From: Halomicronema hongdechloris C2206
Lineage (GTDB): Bacteria > Cyanobacteriota > Cyanobacteriia > Phormidesmidales > Phormidesmidaceae
Assembly (NCBI RefSeq): GCF_002075285.3
Contig: NZ_CP021983.2
Coordinates: forward strand, 120,001-152,000
Length of the DNA: 32,000 nucleotides
Direction: 5' to 3'
The notes below the pieces were generated by a model. The model searched no databases. It saw only the letters and a program-made list of their open reading frames with translations, and was not told the origin of the DNA. This document shows, one piece after another, positions 1 to 8,429 of the stretch (position 1 is the stretch's first letter; each line of letters begins with the position of its first letter). A program made the translations under genes and the position numbers.

Positions 1-1513
1 TTTCTAGGCGGTTAGCGTCTTCGGCATAACTCATGAGCACGATCCAATCGACCCACCCCTGCTCGGCCCAATGCTCCCAGTCCTGCTGGATCTTAAGCAG
101 ACGTTCTCGTTCTGGCTTGGCGAAGGTCGCCGCCGATAGTAGCAGCTCTGGCCGTTGTCGCTGCACCAGTCGGGAGACTTCAGCCACAAAAGAACTCACC
201 TGCTGAATCCGAAATTCAGTCCAGCGCTCCCACAGATAGAGCTGGCGCTGCCGTTCCGGTCCTGAGAGATCTGACTCTAAACGGGGGGATAGCTCTACCG
301 GGTCGATGCCAGTCATAGCCTTAAATCGCTGCCTGGCTGCCTGGCCATAGCCAAAGGTGCGATCGGCGCTGGGGTCTTGAAACGGATAGCGAATATAGTC
401 CAGCTGCAATCCATCGACCTCATACTGGGTGATGATTTCCGCAATCAACCGCAGCAGATAGTTGCGCACTTCCGGATTGGCAGGATCTAAAAATGGCTTA
501 GTTTGTCCCCGAGGAATTAACTCACCTCGGTTATCCCGGCCAGCCCAATCAGGATGCAGGCTCAGCACCGGCCCTGGGTAGTCTGTCGGCAGATTGAGAA
601 TCCGATTGTGAAGCTGGTTGCCAGCAGCAAAGGTCCAGATCCAGGCATGGAGTTCCATGTCGCGCTCATGGGCCAGCTCCACGGCCGCTGCTAAGGGATC
701 CCAGTGGCGGCTCAGGGGGTTCTGGGTCGGAGCCACCCGGCTGGGATAAATGGGATACCCCGCGTTGACTGTCTCGAAGAATACGGTATTGAAGCCTGCC
801 GCCGCCAAGCGATCGAACACGTTTGCCAGACGCTGGGGAGAGCCAGCTCGCACAATGGTGCCTCGATCCAACCAAACCGCTCGGATTTCGGGCTGGTTCA
901 GGGGGCGATCCATGGGGAAGTTATTCCAGATGGCTTGGCGGGTTGCCAACCAGCGCTGTCGGGCGGCCTGGTATTCCTGGTGTTCGATCAGGGTGGACCA
1001 TTCCGCCAGCAGCTGACGGCCCTGGGCTAATGCCGGATGCAATAGCGGTGAGGTCAGATCGACTTTGCCGGCAGAGGCGGTCAATTGCTCAGTCCCGGGC
1101 GCCAAGGTCAGCTCTGACGCCTGACTCGAGGCCCGAGCCAGCAGTAAGGCACTCTCGAAGCGCCCCATGAGTTGCTCTAGCTCCTGACGCATGGCCAAGG
1201 CCAGGTAGGGGCTAATGGGTTGCTCCCCCGGTAGCACGGTGAGACCAGGTGGGGCAATGGCTTCGGCAGGATCGGCTATGGCCTGAGATACTCGCACACT
1301 CTGCCCGGAGGAATTGTCTACGGCAGTTGCTGCCGGGATATCTGTCACTGGGGCAGCGGGGGAGGACGGGGGGACGGAACTGGGCGACGGGGAGTCTTGC
1401 TCGGCTCGGATGGCCCCTGGCCATAGCAGTACTAGGGCGATACCCAGGCTGCTGGTGATCAGCTGTTTGACCGTGAGACCCCACTGGGGGGAGGTGATAT
1501 GAACCGTTGCCAT
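1..1513 (-). CDS. Glycoside hydrolase-like family 10 (GHL10 / former DUF187, YngK-like) exported protein; 3' end lies beyond the window edge
   Basis: Absent from the supplied track because no stop codon falls in the window. Manual reverse-strand translation from the ATG at 1513-1511 stays open to position 1 (504 codons). It reads MATVHITSPQWGLTVKQLITSSLGIALVLLWPGAIRA (signal-like), then IRAVWLDRGTIVRAGSPQRLANVFDRLAAAGFNTVFFETVNAGYPIYPS, MELHAWIWTFAAGN and VDGLQLDYIRYPF. I recognise these blocks as the GHL10 TIM-barrel family. Confidence 0.7.
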   Translation of the reverse strand, partial: MATVHITSPQWGLTVKQLITSSLGIALVLLWPGAIRAEQDSPSPSSVPPSSPAAPVTDIPAATAVDNSSGQSVRVSQAIADPAEAIAPPGLTVLPGEQPISPYLALAMRQELEQLMGRFESALLLARASSQASELTLAPGTEQLTASAGKVDLTSPLLHPALAQGRQLLAEWSTLIEHQEYQAARQRWLATRQAIWNNFPMDRPLNQPEIRAVWLDRGTIVRAGSPQRLANVFDRLAAAGFNTVFFETVNAGYPIYPSRVAPTQNPLSRHWDPLAAAVELAHERDMELHAWIWTFAAGNQLHNRILNLPTDYPGPVLSLHPDWAGRDNRGELIPRGQTKPFLDPANPEVRNYLLRLIAEIITQYEVDGLQLDYIRYPFQDPSADRTFGYGQAARQRFKAMTGIDPVELSPRLESDLSGPERQRQLYLWERWTEFRIQQVSSFVAEVSRLVQRQRPELLLSAATFAKPERERLLKIQQDWEHWAEQGWVDWIVLMSYAEDANRLE

Positions 1514-1835
1514 GAATGAAGTCAATGAAGCAGTACCAAGTCTTCGGTAGGTCTAGCCCCTGAAAGCACTCAGTGCATCTTACACTGGCGTATCTTGCTA
1601 TTTCTCTGGAGAGAGAAGCCCTATGCCGGGATGCGATCGCAACCGCCACTAATAGTAGGTGGTGTCCAAACGCTATCTCTCAATTCAGCCTGCTCGTTAG
1701 CCAACCCGGAGAAAACCCCTTGCTGACAGAGTTCACAGGGACTTCATCCCATGGCATCTCTCCGATTTGATTGAATATAGCCTGACCTAGGCCTGAGATT
1801 GTCGTAACCAGAGGGCTAACCCACCGCCGCGATCG

Positions 1836-1861
1836 CAGGCGGCCATATCAGGCGGCCATAT
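1836..1861. repeat. Perfect 13-nt tandem duplication (CAGGCGGCCATAT x2) in the divergent intergenic region
   Basis: Direct reading: 1836-1848 and 1849-1861 are identical. Confidence 0.95.
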
Positions 1862-1923
1862 ATTGAGCTGCCCCAGGGACCGGTGTGCTGCCATAATGAG
1901 GGGCGACTGCTCAGGACTCTGCC

Positions 1924-2781
1924 ATGACCTCTCCTCCCAATCGCCTCCGGGTTTCCCTGCCTGCCTTTGTGGGCCGAGGGGCCACGGTGTCTAGCGTCCT
2001 GATGATGGCAGGCATCGCGATTACCGGGGTTTTCATCCTATTGGCCCTACTGGCACCGCCCCTACAGGCTGGGGGCATTCTCCAGGATCCTACTGCTGCC
2101 CTGCAAAACCCAGTGCATCAGGCTCCATCGCTGCAGTATTGGTTTGGCACCACGCGTCAGGGCTATGACGTGTTGTCTCGGGTGATCTTTGGCAGTCGGG
2201 CAGCTTGGCAGGTGGTGCTATTAGCAACGGCCATCAGCGTGCTGCTGGGGGTCCCCTTGGGCATGGTTAGCGGCTATCGGGGTGGACGCTTGGACCGGGT
2301 CGTGCTGTTTTTCATGGATACCTTGTATACCTTGCCAGGGCTATTGCTGTCGGTGACCTTGGCCTTCGTGGTGGGGCGGGGAGTCGTGAATGCGGCAGTC
2401 GCCCTGAGTATTGCCTACGTGCCTCAGTACTATCGAGTGGTCCGAAATCACACCGTGAGTGTGAAGACGGAATTATTTATTGAGGCGGCCCAGGCCATGG
2501 GAGCCTCCACCAGAACGGTACTGAGTCGCTATCTGTTTCTGAATGTGATTCAGAGCGTGCCGGGTGCTGGTTACCCTGAATGCGGCCGATGCCATTTTGA
2601 TCCTGGGGGGTTAGGCTTTCTGGCCTGGGGCTGCCAGAGCAAACCCCCCGGAATATGGGGCGCTGATATTCGCCAGGCATTGGATGCGCTACCCACCGGT
2701 ATCTGGTGGCCGGCTTTATTTCCGGGCTTGGCCCTAACGGCCATAGGTGACAGGCCTGTCCGCTGGTCGGCGAAGGGTTAA
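1924..2781 (+). CDS. ABC transporter permease, peptide/nickel (DppC/OppC-like) type; C-terminal third disturbed by local indels
   Basis: Track ORF of 285 aa. WFGTTRQGYDVLSRVIFGSR and LDRVVLFFMDTLYTLPGLLL...SIAYVPQYYRVVRN are typical of DppC/OppC permeases. From about 2563 the ORF peptide (GAGYPECGRCHFDP) loses sense, while the adjacent frame reads VLVTLNAADAILILGG, a normal permease helix. Around 2765-2800 another frame reads GEGL.EWVNPLLRREK. The true stop is uncertain. Confidence 0.7.
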   Translation: MTSPPNRLRVSLPAFVGRGATVSSVLMMAGIAITGVFILLALLAPPLQAGGILQDPTAALQNPVHQAPSLQYWFGTTRQGYDVLSRVIFGSRAAWQVVLLATAISVLLGVPLGMVSGYRGGRLDRVVLFFMDTLYTLPGLLLSVTLAFVVGRGVVNAAVALSIAYVPQYYRVVRNHTVSVKTELFIEAAQAMGASTRTVLSRYLFLNVIQSVPGAGYPECGRCHFDPGGLGFLAWGCQSKPPGIWGADIRQALDALPTGIWWPALFPGLALTAIGDRPVRWSAKG

Positions 2782-2840
2782 AATGAATGGGTGAATCCCC
2801 TGCTGCGTCGCGAGAAAACTGGAATTAGGTCTCAACCCCC

Positions 2841-5048
2841 ATGCCATCCATCCTCAGCCATGAGCCTGCATCACCAAGCCCTGAGGATGGCTCCACAGCG
2901 TCTGGATTAGGTGCCTTTGGCGGCGTCTTTACACCGTCGATTCCTGACCATCCTAGGGTGATCATGTACCTGCGATTCGGCTGGATCGTAGGGAATGTGG
3001 CCCTGTTGGGGACGCTGATCATTGTCACCCTATCCACGGCAATTACCCTACTGACGGCGTTGTCGGTCAGTGCGATCGCAACCGATCGAGTAGGTGCAGT
3101 GGGGGGAAGCCTATTACATGATCAGCCGCTCCCTGGGCAATTGAAACGGCGGGGCGTGGGCATTCCCTTTAACTTTGCCCCAGGCTCTCCTGTGGCCCTC
3201 TATACTTTGGGTTTTGCCGAGAGTGTGGTCAGTGCTTTCGGTCAATTCAACCAGCTCTACGTGGCCCTGATCACCACTATTGCCGTGGCGATTTTGGCCA
3301 TCACCTCGGCCCAGATTGTCATCAAGGCCCCAATACGTCATCATGGCCGCCATTGTCCTGTCCCTGCTGTCGCTACTAGCCGGGCAGCCCTCAAGCAACA
3401 CCGAGATCGAACTGTGGGCACGCCCCAAGGCGAGCCCTTCTGGCACGTTTTCGCCGTCTTCTTTCCAGCGGTGACTGGGATCATGGCCGGGGTCAATATG
3501 TCAGGGGACCTACGAGATCCGATCCGGGCTATCCCCATCGGCACCCTAGGCGCTGTGCTACAGGCTATGTGGTGTACATGGGCTGCCCTTAATACTCGCC
3601 AGCCGCGCCGACGCACCACCTTGGTCGCTGATCCCTTGATCATGCAACGCATCGCCCTGTGGGGACCGGCCATTCTGCTGGGGGTATGGGGCTCCACTCT
3701 CTCCAGCGCCCTGGGCAGTATTTTAGGGGCCCCCCGGGTGCTGCAGGCCCTGGCCCGGGACGGCGTCTTGCCCCGCTGGATGTCGTTTCTGGGGAAGGGC
3801 AGCGGCACCAACGATGAACCCCGCATCGGCACCGCTGTGACGCTAGCTGTGGTGATTGCGGCGGTCTGCATCGGTGATCTGAATCTGATTGCCCCGGTGC
3901 TGACCATGTTCTTCCTCACCACCTACTTGGTCTTGAACATGGCGGCAGCCCTGGAGAGTTTCCTGCGCAGTCCCTCCTTTCGCCCCTTGTTTCGAGTGCA
4001 TTGGTTAGTGTCCCTAGTGGGGGCTGGGGGCTGCTTCGCGGTGATGATGCTGATCAACCTCACGGCCACTTTGGTGGCGGCAGCGGTTGTGCTGATCATT
4101 TATGTCTGGCTGCAGCGGCGGGGACTGAGAACCACCTGGGGGGATGTGCGACGGGGGCTGTGGATGATGCTGGTGCGCACCGGGCTGTTTCAAATTGGCT
4201 ACCAAAGGGATGCCAAAAATTGGCGGCCCGATATTCTGGTGCTGTCTGGGGCCCCCATGCACCGCTGGCCTCTGATCGAATTAGCCAATGCGTTCACCCA
4301 GAATCGGGGGCTGATTACGGTGTCCAGTATCCTGCCCCGAGAGTCTCGCAACCTCATGCAGCAGGAACACCTAGAGCACACCATCAGTGATTATTTGGCT
4401 GAGCGGGGAGTTCAGGCCCTGGTGCGCTTGTTGACAGCAGCCGATCCGTTTGAAGGGGCAGAGCGCCTAGTGGAGGTTTACGGATTAGGCCCCCTAGCCC
4501 CCAACACATTGCTCTTGGGCAATAGCGAGCAACCCCAGCGGCTGCCAGGCTACTGTCGCTTGATTAGGCGCCTCTATCAGGCCCAACGGAATGTCTTGAT
4601 CTTTCGCGAAGATCCAGAGCGCGGGTTTGGTCGCCGTCGCCGCATCGATGTCTGGTGGGGAGGTCTCCACCGCAATGGCGGGTTGATGCTACTGCTGGCC
4701 TATCTGCTGCAGGCCAGTATTGACTGGAGCCAGGCTCAGATTTATCTCAAGTTAGTGGTCCCCAATGCCGAGGCGGTACCGGCAACCCGAGATAATCTTG
4801 ACCGCCTCAGCGGTTCCCTGCGGATCAACGCAATGTCCCAAGTACTCATCGCCGCTGGCCGCCCCTTTGAAACGATTCTGCGCACATCTTCGCAACGGGC
4901 CGATCTGGTGTTGTTGGGGATGGCGGCACCAGGAGCCGAGTTTGTTCAGTATTACCAAGATCTACAGCGCCGGACGGCCGGGCTACCGACGACCCTCTTC
5001 GTGTTGGCCGGGGAAGGCTTTAATGTCACCCCAATCCTGACAGAATAA
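2841..5048 (+). CDS. APC-superfamily / SLC12-like (cation-chloride cotransporter-like) amino acid permease with large cytoplasmic C-terminal domain; several compensated frameshift segments
   Basis: Track ORF of 735 aa. Family-typical blocks include GLGAFGGVFTPS, YLRFGWIVGNVALLGTLIIV, FAVFFPAVTGIMAGVNMSGDLRDPIRAIPIGTLGAV, WGSTLSSALGSILGAPRVLQALARDG and the C-terminal DVWWGGLHRNGGLMLLLAYLL. Four stretches only make sense in another frame (see findings). Confidence 0.7.
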   Translation: MPSILSHEPASPSPEDGSTASGLGAFGGVFTPSIPDHPRVIMYLRFGWIVGNVALLGTLIIVTLSTAITLLTALSVSAIATDRVGAVGGSLLHDQPLPGQLKRRGVGIPFNFAPGSPVALYTLGFAESVVSAFGQFNQLYVALITTIAVAILAITSAQIVIKAPIRHHGRHCPVPAVATSRAALKQHRDRTVGTPQGEPFWHVFAVFFPAVTGIMAGVNMSGDLRDPIRAIPIGTLGAVLQAMWCTWAALNTRQPRRRTTLVADPLIMQRIALWGPAILLGVWGSTLSSALGSILGAPRVLQALARDGVLPRWMSFLGKGSGTNDEPRIGTAVTLAVVIAAVCIGDLNLIAPVLTMFFLTTYLVLNMAAALESFLRSPSFRPLFRVHWLVSLVGAGGCFAVMMLINLTATLVAAAVVLIIYVWLQRRGLRTTWGDVRRGLWMMLVRTGLFQIGYQRDAKNWRPDILVLSGAPMHRWPLIELANAFTQNRGLITVSSILPRESRNLMQQEHLEHTISDYLAERGVQALVRLLTAADPFEGAERLVEVYGLGPLAPNTLLLGNSEQPQRLPGYCRLIRRLYQAQRNVLIFREDPERGFGRRRRIDVWWGGLHRNGGLMLLLAYLLQASIDWSQAQIYLKLVVPNAEAVPATRDNLDRLSGSLRINAMSQVLIAAGRPFETILRTSSQRADLVLLGMAAPGAEFVQYYQDLQRRTAGLPTTLFVLAGEGFNVTPILTE

Positions 5049-5132
5049 GCGGCCACTTCATCCTTGTGCCCTCTGCAATCCGTCATCTGCATTTGCCCTG
5101 TTTCCGAAAATGTCAATTCACCTTAATCTAAA

Positions 5133-5160
5133 TTGTCATTAATTTATGTTTCGTTACAAT
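5133..5160 (+). promoter_or_regulatory. Putative sigma70-type promoter (TTGTCA-N16-TACAAT) upstream of the acyltransferase gene
   Basis: TTGTCA at 5133-5138 and TACAAT at 5155-5160 with a 16-nt AT-rich spacer. It lies in the 292-nt intergenic region, leaving a 5' leader of about 175 nt before the ATG at 5341, which is preceded by AAGGGGAGGGAAC. Confidence 0.3.
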
Positions 5161-5340
5161 ACGGGGTATGTTCGATTACTCACACATTGAGCTGTTGTAG
5201 AGGTACAGGGGGGGCTTGATGGCTTGGCGTGCTGCAGGATATCCCATAGAAGGGACGGTTACTCGTTAAGTAGCCGCTGGTGTTGTGTCGAGGCTCCCGT
5301 TGCCCTGTGATGGGGGCCTCAGTATCAAGGGGAGGGAACG

Positions 5341-6081
5341 ATGCTGAGTAATGTCATGGAGTTGGATCATCCCTTGGCTCTGTCTCAGGGATTGCTGACG
5401 GCGCTGGGGGTGCATCAGTCGCTTCACTTTTGCGATCGCATTCCAACCGCCTCCTCGTCCATTCTAGTGGTGAGTAACCATCGCAGTATCTTAGATGCAC
5501 CATTGCTGATGACGGGGCTGAACCGTCCCGTTCGCTTCGCCTGTCACCACTACATGAGCCAAGTGCCCTTGATGCGAGAACTGGTGACTACCATGGGCGG
5601 TTTTCCCCTGGCAGCTGCGGGACAGCGGCCCACCACGTTCTTGCGGCAGGCCCATCAGTTTCTACAGCGGCAACAAGCCGTTGGCATCTTTCCGGAAGGA
5701 GCGCTACCCATGGTGCAATCCACCCAACCCCAACAGTTGACGACCTTTCAGCGGGGGTTTGCCCATCTCGCCCTGCGAGCCCCTGTCGACCCCTTGGTCA
5801 TCCTTCCCGTCGCCATTGCCGCCACAGATGAGATCAGTCATTCTGCCTTTCCCCTGAAACTCTTAAGCTGGTTCGACCCCTCCGAACCCCTCTTCGATCA
5901 GCCCGGCTGGCATCCCTTCGTCCTCTATCGGCAAGTATCGCTACTGATCGGCCATCCGATTCAGATCACCGCCGCCCACCGCCACCAGTACCGGGGTCAA
6001 CAGGCTGGCACCCTGGCCAGTGAGCTCACCGACCAGTGCCGCACCAGCATTGCCGATCTGCTGCAACACGGATGCTATTAA
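5341..6081 (+). CDS. Lysophospholipid / 1-acyl-sn-glycerol-3-phosphate acyltransferase family protein (PlsC-like)
   Basis: Track ORF of 246 aa. It carries the HX4D acyltransferase motif (VVSNHRSILDAPLL) and the second motif GIFPEG. Confidence 0.75.
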   Translation: MLSNVMELDHPLALSQGLLTALGVHQSLHFCDRIPTASSSILVVSNHRSILDAPLLMTGLNRPVRFACHHYMSQVPLMRELVTTMGGFPLAAAGQRPTTFLRQAHQFLQRQQAVGIFPEGALPMVQSTQPQQLTTFQRGFAHLALRAPVDPLVILPVAIAATDEISHSAFPLKLLSWFDPSEPLFDQPGWHPFVLYRQVSLLIGHPIQITAAHRHQYRGQQAGTLASELTDQCRTSIADLLQHGCY

Positions 6082-6093
6082 GAGTGGGGAAGT

Positions 6094-6149
6094 GAAGGAT
6101 GAAGGATGAAGGATGAAGGATGAAGGATGAAGGATGAAGGGTGAAGGAT
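6094..6149. repeat. Heptanucleotide tandem repeat (GAAGGAT)x8, one variant GAAGGGT
   Basis: Direct reading, starting 13 nt after the stop codon at 6079-6081. STRR-like repeat as known from cyanobacteria. Confidence 0.95.
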
Positions 6150-6150
6150 G

Positions 6151-6185
6151 ACTCGTCACTCGTTACTCGTTACTCGTTACTCGTC
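6151..6185. repeat. Heptanucleotide tandem repeat (ACTCGTY)x5
   Basis: Direct reading. It abuts the previous repeat with a 1-nt junction. Confidence 0.95.
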
Positions 6186-6295
6186 ACCCCATCACCCCAT
6201 CACCCCTAAGCCCTGCGGGCAGGCTCCGCCTACACCCCATCACCCCTAAGCCCTGCGGGCAGGCTCCGCCTACACCCCATCACCCCATCACCCCC
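6186..6295. repeat. Octamer repeat (ACCCCATC) framing a perfect 40-nt direct duplication
   Basis: Units ACCCCATC lie at 6186, 6194, 6234, 6274 and 6282. The 40-mer ACCCCATCACCCCTAAGCCCTGCGGGCAGGCTCCGCCTAC occurs at 6194-6233 and again at 6234-6273. Each copy contains the mini-hairpin GCCC-TGC-GGGC. Confidence 0.95.
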
Positions 6296-6414
6296 TCTCC
6301 GTCCTCCCCACCTCCCCACCCCCCTACTGCCCATGCCTCATTCCTCCTCCCTGCGACTCTTAGCTCCCCTACCGCCTTCGACCCCAGCGACCGCTGTGGG
6401 TATTTCTACCAGGG

Positions 6415-7263
6415 ATGGATGGTACTGGGACGCTGTATCAGCGGCAGGTGGATGCTCTGGCCACGGTCTTCGATATTCGCTGTCTAGCAATTCCCCCAGA
6501 CGATTGCACAGACTGGTCTGGGTTAGCCGAGCAGGCGGTAGCTCTCATCTCTGATGCTCAGGGAAATCGTCCCCTATACCTGTGTGGAGAGTCCTTTGGG
6601 GCCTGTTTAGCGCTACAGATAGTTACCCGGGCATCCCAGTTGGCGGATTATCTGGTGCTGATTAACTCAGCCACGGCCTTTCACCGCCAAAATTGGGGCA
6701 GCTGGGCCAGCTCAATCACCCGCTGGTTACCGACCAGCGCCTACAGCCTATCCACTTACGGTCTGTGGCCGCTGCTGGCTGCCTTACATCGGATAGATGC
6801 CCCAGAGCGTCGCTCGCTGCTAACGGCGATGCAATCGGTGACTCACCGCAGTGCCGCTTGGCGCTTGTCCCTGCTGGCAGATGAGGCCTTAGCCCAGTTG
6901 CCCCTGGAAACCATTCAACAACCGGTGTTGCTGCTGGCGGCAGCGGCTGATCGGCTGTTGCCGTCGGTGCCGGAGGCTGAGCGTCTGGCTCGGCGATTAC
7001 CCCACGCCCAGTTGCGAGTCTTGCCCCATAGCGGCCATGCCTGCCTGCTAGAGCGCGACATTAACCTGTTCAACATCTTGCAGAAAGAGCAGTGGTTGCC
7101 AGCCCTAGTCGGCAGCTCTCAACGGGGGTGCACGGTAGGTGCTGCGCTTCATGCCGTCTCCCCTACTCCCGCTGCACTAGTCAATAAATGGGGCAAGGGT
7201 TCTGCCCCTGACGGTCACGGCAGGATGACGACGCAATTGCGGCCTGCTTGCTTGGCCTGGTAG
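6415..7263 (+). CDS. Alpha/beta-fold hydrolase; N-terminus probably longer (possible start at 6333 joined by a frameshift)
   Basis: Track ORF of 282 aa. It has the GxSxG nucleophile elbow (LCGESFGACLAL) and a late HSGHACLLE histidine motif. The frame of 6415 reads PLWVFLPGMDGTG upstream of the ATG with no in-frame start after the stop at 6361-6363. The ATG at 6333 is in another frame, which implies an indel near 6385-6395. The 3' tail overlaps the corrected end of the convergent GGDEF gene. Confidence 0.65.
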   Translation: MDGTGTLYQRQVDALATVFDIRCLAIPPDDCTDWSGLAEQAVALISDAQGNRPLYLCGESFGACLALQIVTRASQLADYLVLINSATAFHRQNWGSWASSITRWLPTSAYSLSTYGLWPLLAALHRIDAPERRSLLTAMQSVTHRSAAWRLSLLADEALAQLPLETIQQPVLLLAAAADRLLPSVPEAERLARRLPHAQLRVLPHSGHACLLERDINLFNILQKEQWLPALVGSSQRGCTVGAALHAVSPTPAALVNKWGKGSAPDGHGRMTTQLRPACLAW

Positions 7264-8133
7264 AGGGCGCGATCGCATCGCTGCAGCCAGCTGTCGCTGG
7301 TATCGTGCGATCGCATCTGGCTGACGCCACAGCTAACGGTCACCGGCTGGGCTTCTTAAGATAGAGGTCTGGGCAATCTGCCGGGTTAAATCTTCAGCCA
7401 TCTGCCTGGCCTCGTTTAAAGTCGTGGCGGGCAGCAAAATCACAAACTCCTCGCCACCAAAGCGAAATATAGTATCCGTTCGCCGCAGGCGCTGACGCAC
7501 CTGCTGAGACAGCCGCTGCAGGGCCAGATCCCCCATCTGATGGCCAAAGCGATCGTTAATCTGCTTGAAATGGTCAATATCAAATAGAACCAACGAAGTG
7601 GTAATTCCGTATCGCGCCTGTTGGGCCAAGGCTGTTTCCAGACAGTGATGCAGGTGTCGGCGATTAAAGGTTTGAGTCAGAGGATCAGTAATCGTCAACC
7701 TCTGCAGCGTCTGCTGTTGCCGCAGGACAATAGCAGCAAATATTCCCGTAAAGGCGCTACTGACGGACAATGTCAGCACAATGCGTAGGGTCTCGGCCCA
7801 GCCCAACTGTGTCCCTGCCAGCGGAATGATGCCGACAATGAAGACCACACTCAATCCAATGGCCAGATTCGGCTGCATGAGAAAGTGAAAGGCGATGACC
7901 ACCGGATAGGCCCAATAGACGCCATGGATCCCCTCTCGGTAAATGGCCAGGTAGGTGGTCGCTATCACCAACAACAACAGCAGCGGTGCCGGCATCAGCA
8001 ATCGCCGATGTCGCCAAAATATCAGGGCATTGCTCACCATCAGCAGTATCACCAGGCTAACGGTCCCTCCCAACAGGTAGTAGCCCCGCAGCAGATCCTG
8101 AATCGCAAAGGGCAACAGGCACAACGCCGCCAC
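7215..8133 (-). CDS. Membrane-anchored diguanylate cyclase (GGDEF domain), interrupted by a 1-nt frameshift near 7357
   Basis: Track ORF 7333..8133 has about 5 hydrophobic helices, then TITDPLTQTFNRRHL, DIDHFKQINDRFGH and FRFGGEEFVILL. It stops prematurely (PAGDR*). The adjacent frame continues EAQPVTVSCGVSQMRSHDTSDSWLQRCDRALYQAKQAGRNCVVILP* to a TGA at 7217-7215, which is the canonical GGDEF C-terminus. The start at 8133 is GTG and uncertain. Confidence 0.75.
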
Positions 8134-8411
8134 CCAAAGCCATTAGGGCAAAGAAAAATATTACGATAGGTAGTCATTCCCTCGAGTTGAGTAGCTATGG
8201 CTGCCAGCATCTATCTGCCCCATTAGGAGCCCCATCCCATGGCCCCCTCTTCCCTACAGGAAACTGGAGACTTCCCCTCACGAATGACATCTGGGGAACT
8301 ACGGACTGGGCAAGTCTCCATTATTCAGCAGGCGGCGTATCCCAGCTCTGATAAATTGTAAAAAACTATACAATTTGAGGGGCGACACCCCCCCATCCCC
8401 GTAATCACGAA

Positions 8412-8429
8412 TTATGCAGCTTATGCAGC
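8412..8429. repeat. Perfect 9-nt tandem duplication (TTATGCAGC x2) abutting the amidase stop codon
   Basis: Direct reading: 8412-8420 equals 8421-8429. Confidence 0.9.

Noticed and set aside
666-1170. Track ORFs 666..875 (-), 704..1030 (+), 750..1016 (+) and 823..1170 (+), plus 1212..1649 (-).
   Set aside because: All lie inside or overlap the continuous 504-codon GHL10-like reading frame on the minus strand, in other frames. They have no motifs.
3341-3922. 193-aa minus-strand ORF and other internal ORFs (4001..4390, 4014..4262) within the transporter gene.
   Set aside because: They are antisense or off-frame to a gene with strong family motifs. Their composition is typical of shadow ORFs. 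The exception is 3280..3474 (plus strand), which I interpret as the true transporter frame displaced by indels.
5161-5340. Leader of about 175 nt upstream of the acyltransferase gene as a possible riboswitch.
   Set aside because: I recognise no known riboswitch core sequence and found no conserved stems by eye. The promoter call itself is tentative.
5941-6159. 72-aa minus-strand ORF giving HPSSFILHPSSFILHPSSF.
   Set aside because: It is simply the translation of the (GAAGGAT)n heptamer repeat and also overlaps the 3' end of the acyltransferase gene. It is not a gene.
6094-6295. Possible CRISPR array (also considered for 31774..31915).
   Set aside because: The repeat units are 7-8 nt or 21 nt and directly abutting, with no unique spacers of about 30 nt. 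There are no cas genes in the window.
8353-8376. AT-rich inverted repeat AAATTGTA-N8-TACAATTT between the amidase and GGDEF genes, considered as terminator or operator.
   Set aside because: The stem is only A/T-rich and 8 bp, with no U-tract. The embedded TACAAT has no suitably spaced -35. I cannot distinguish it from chance.
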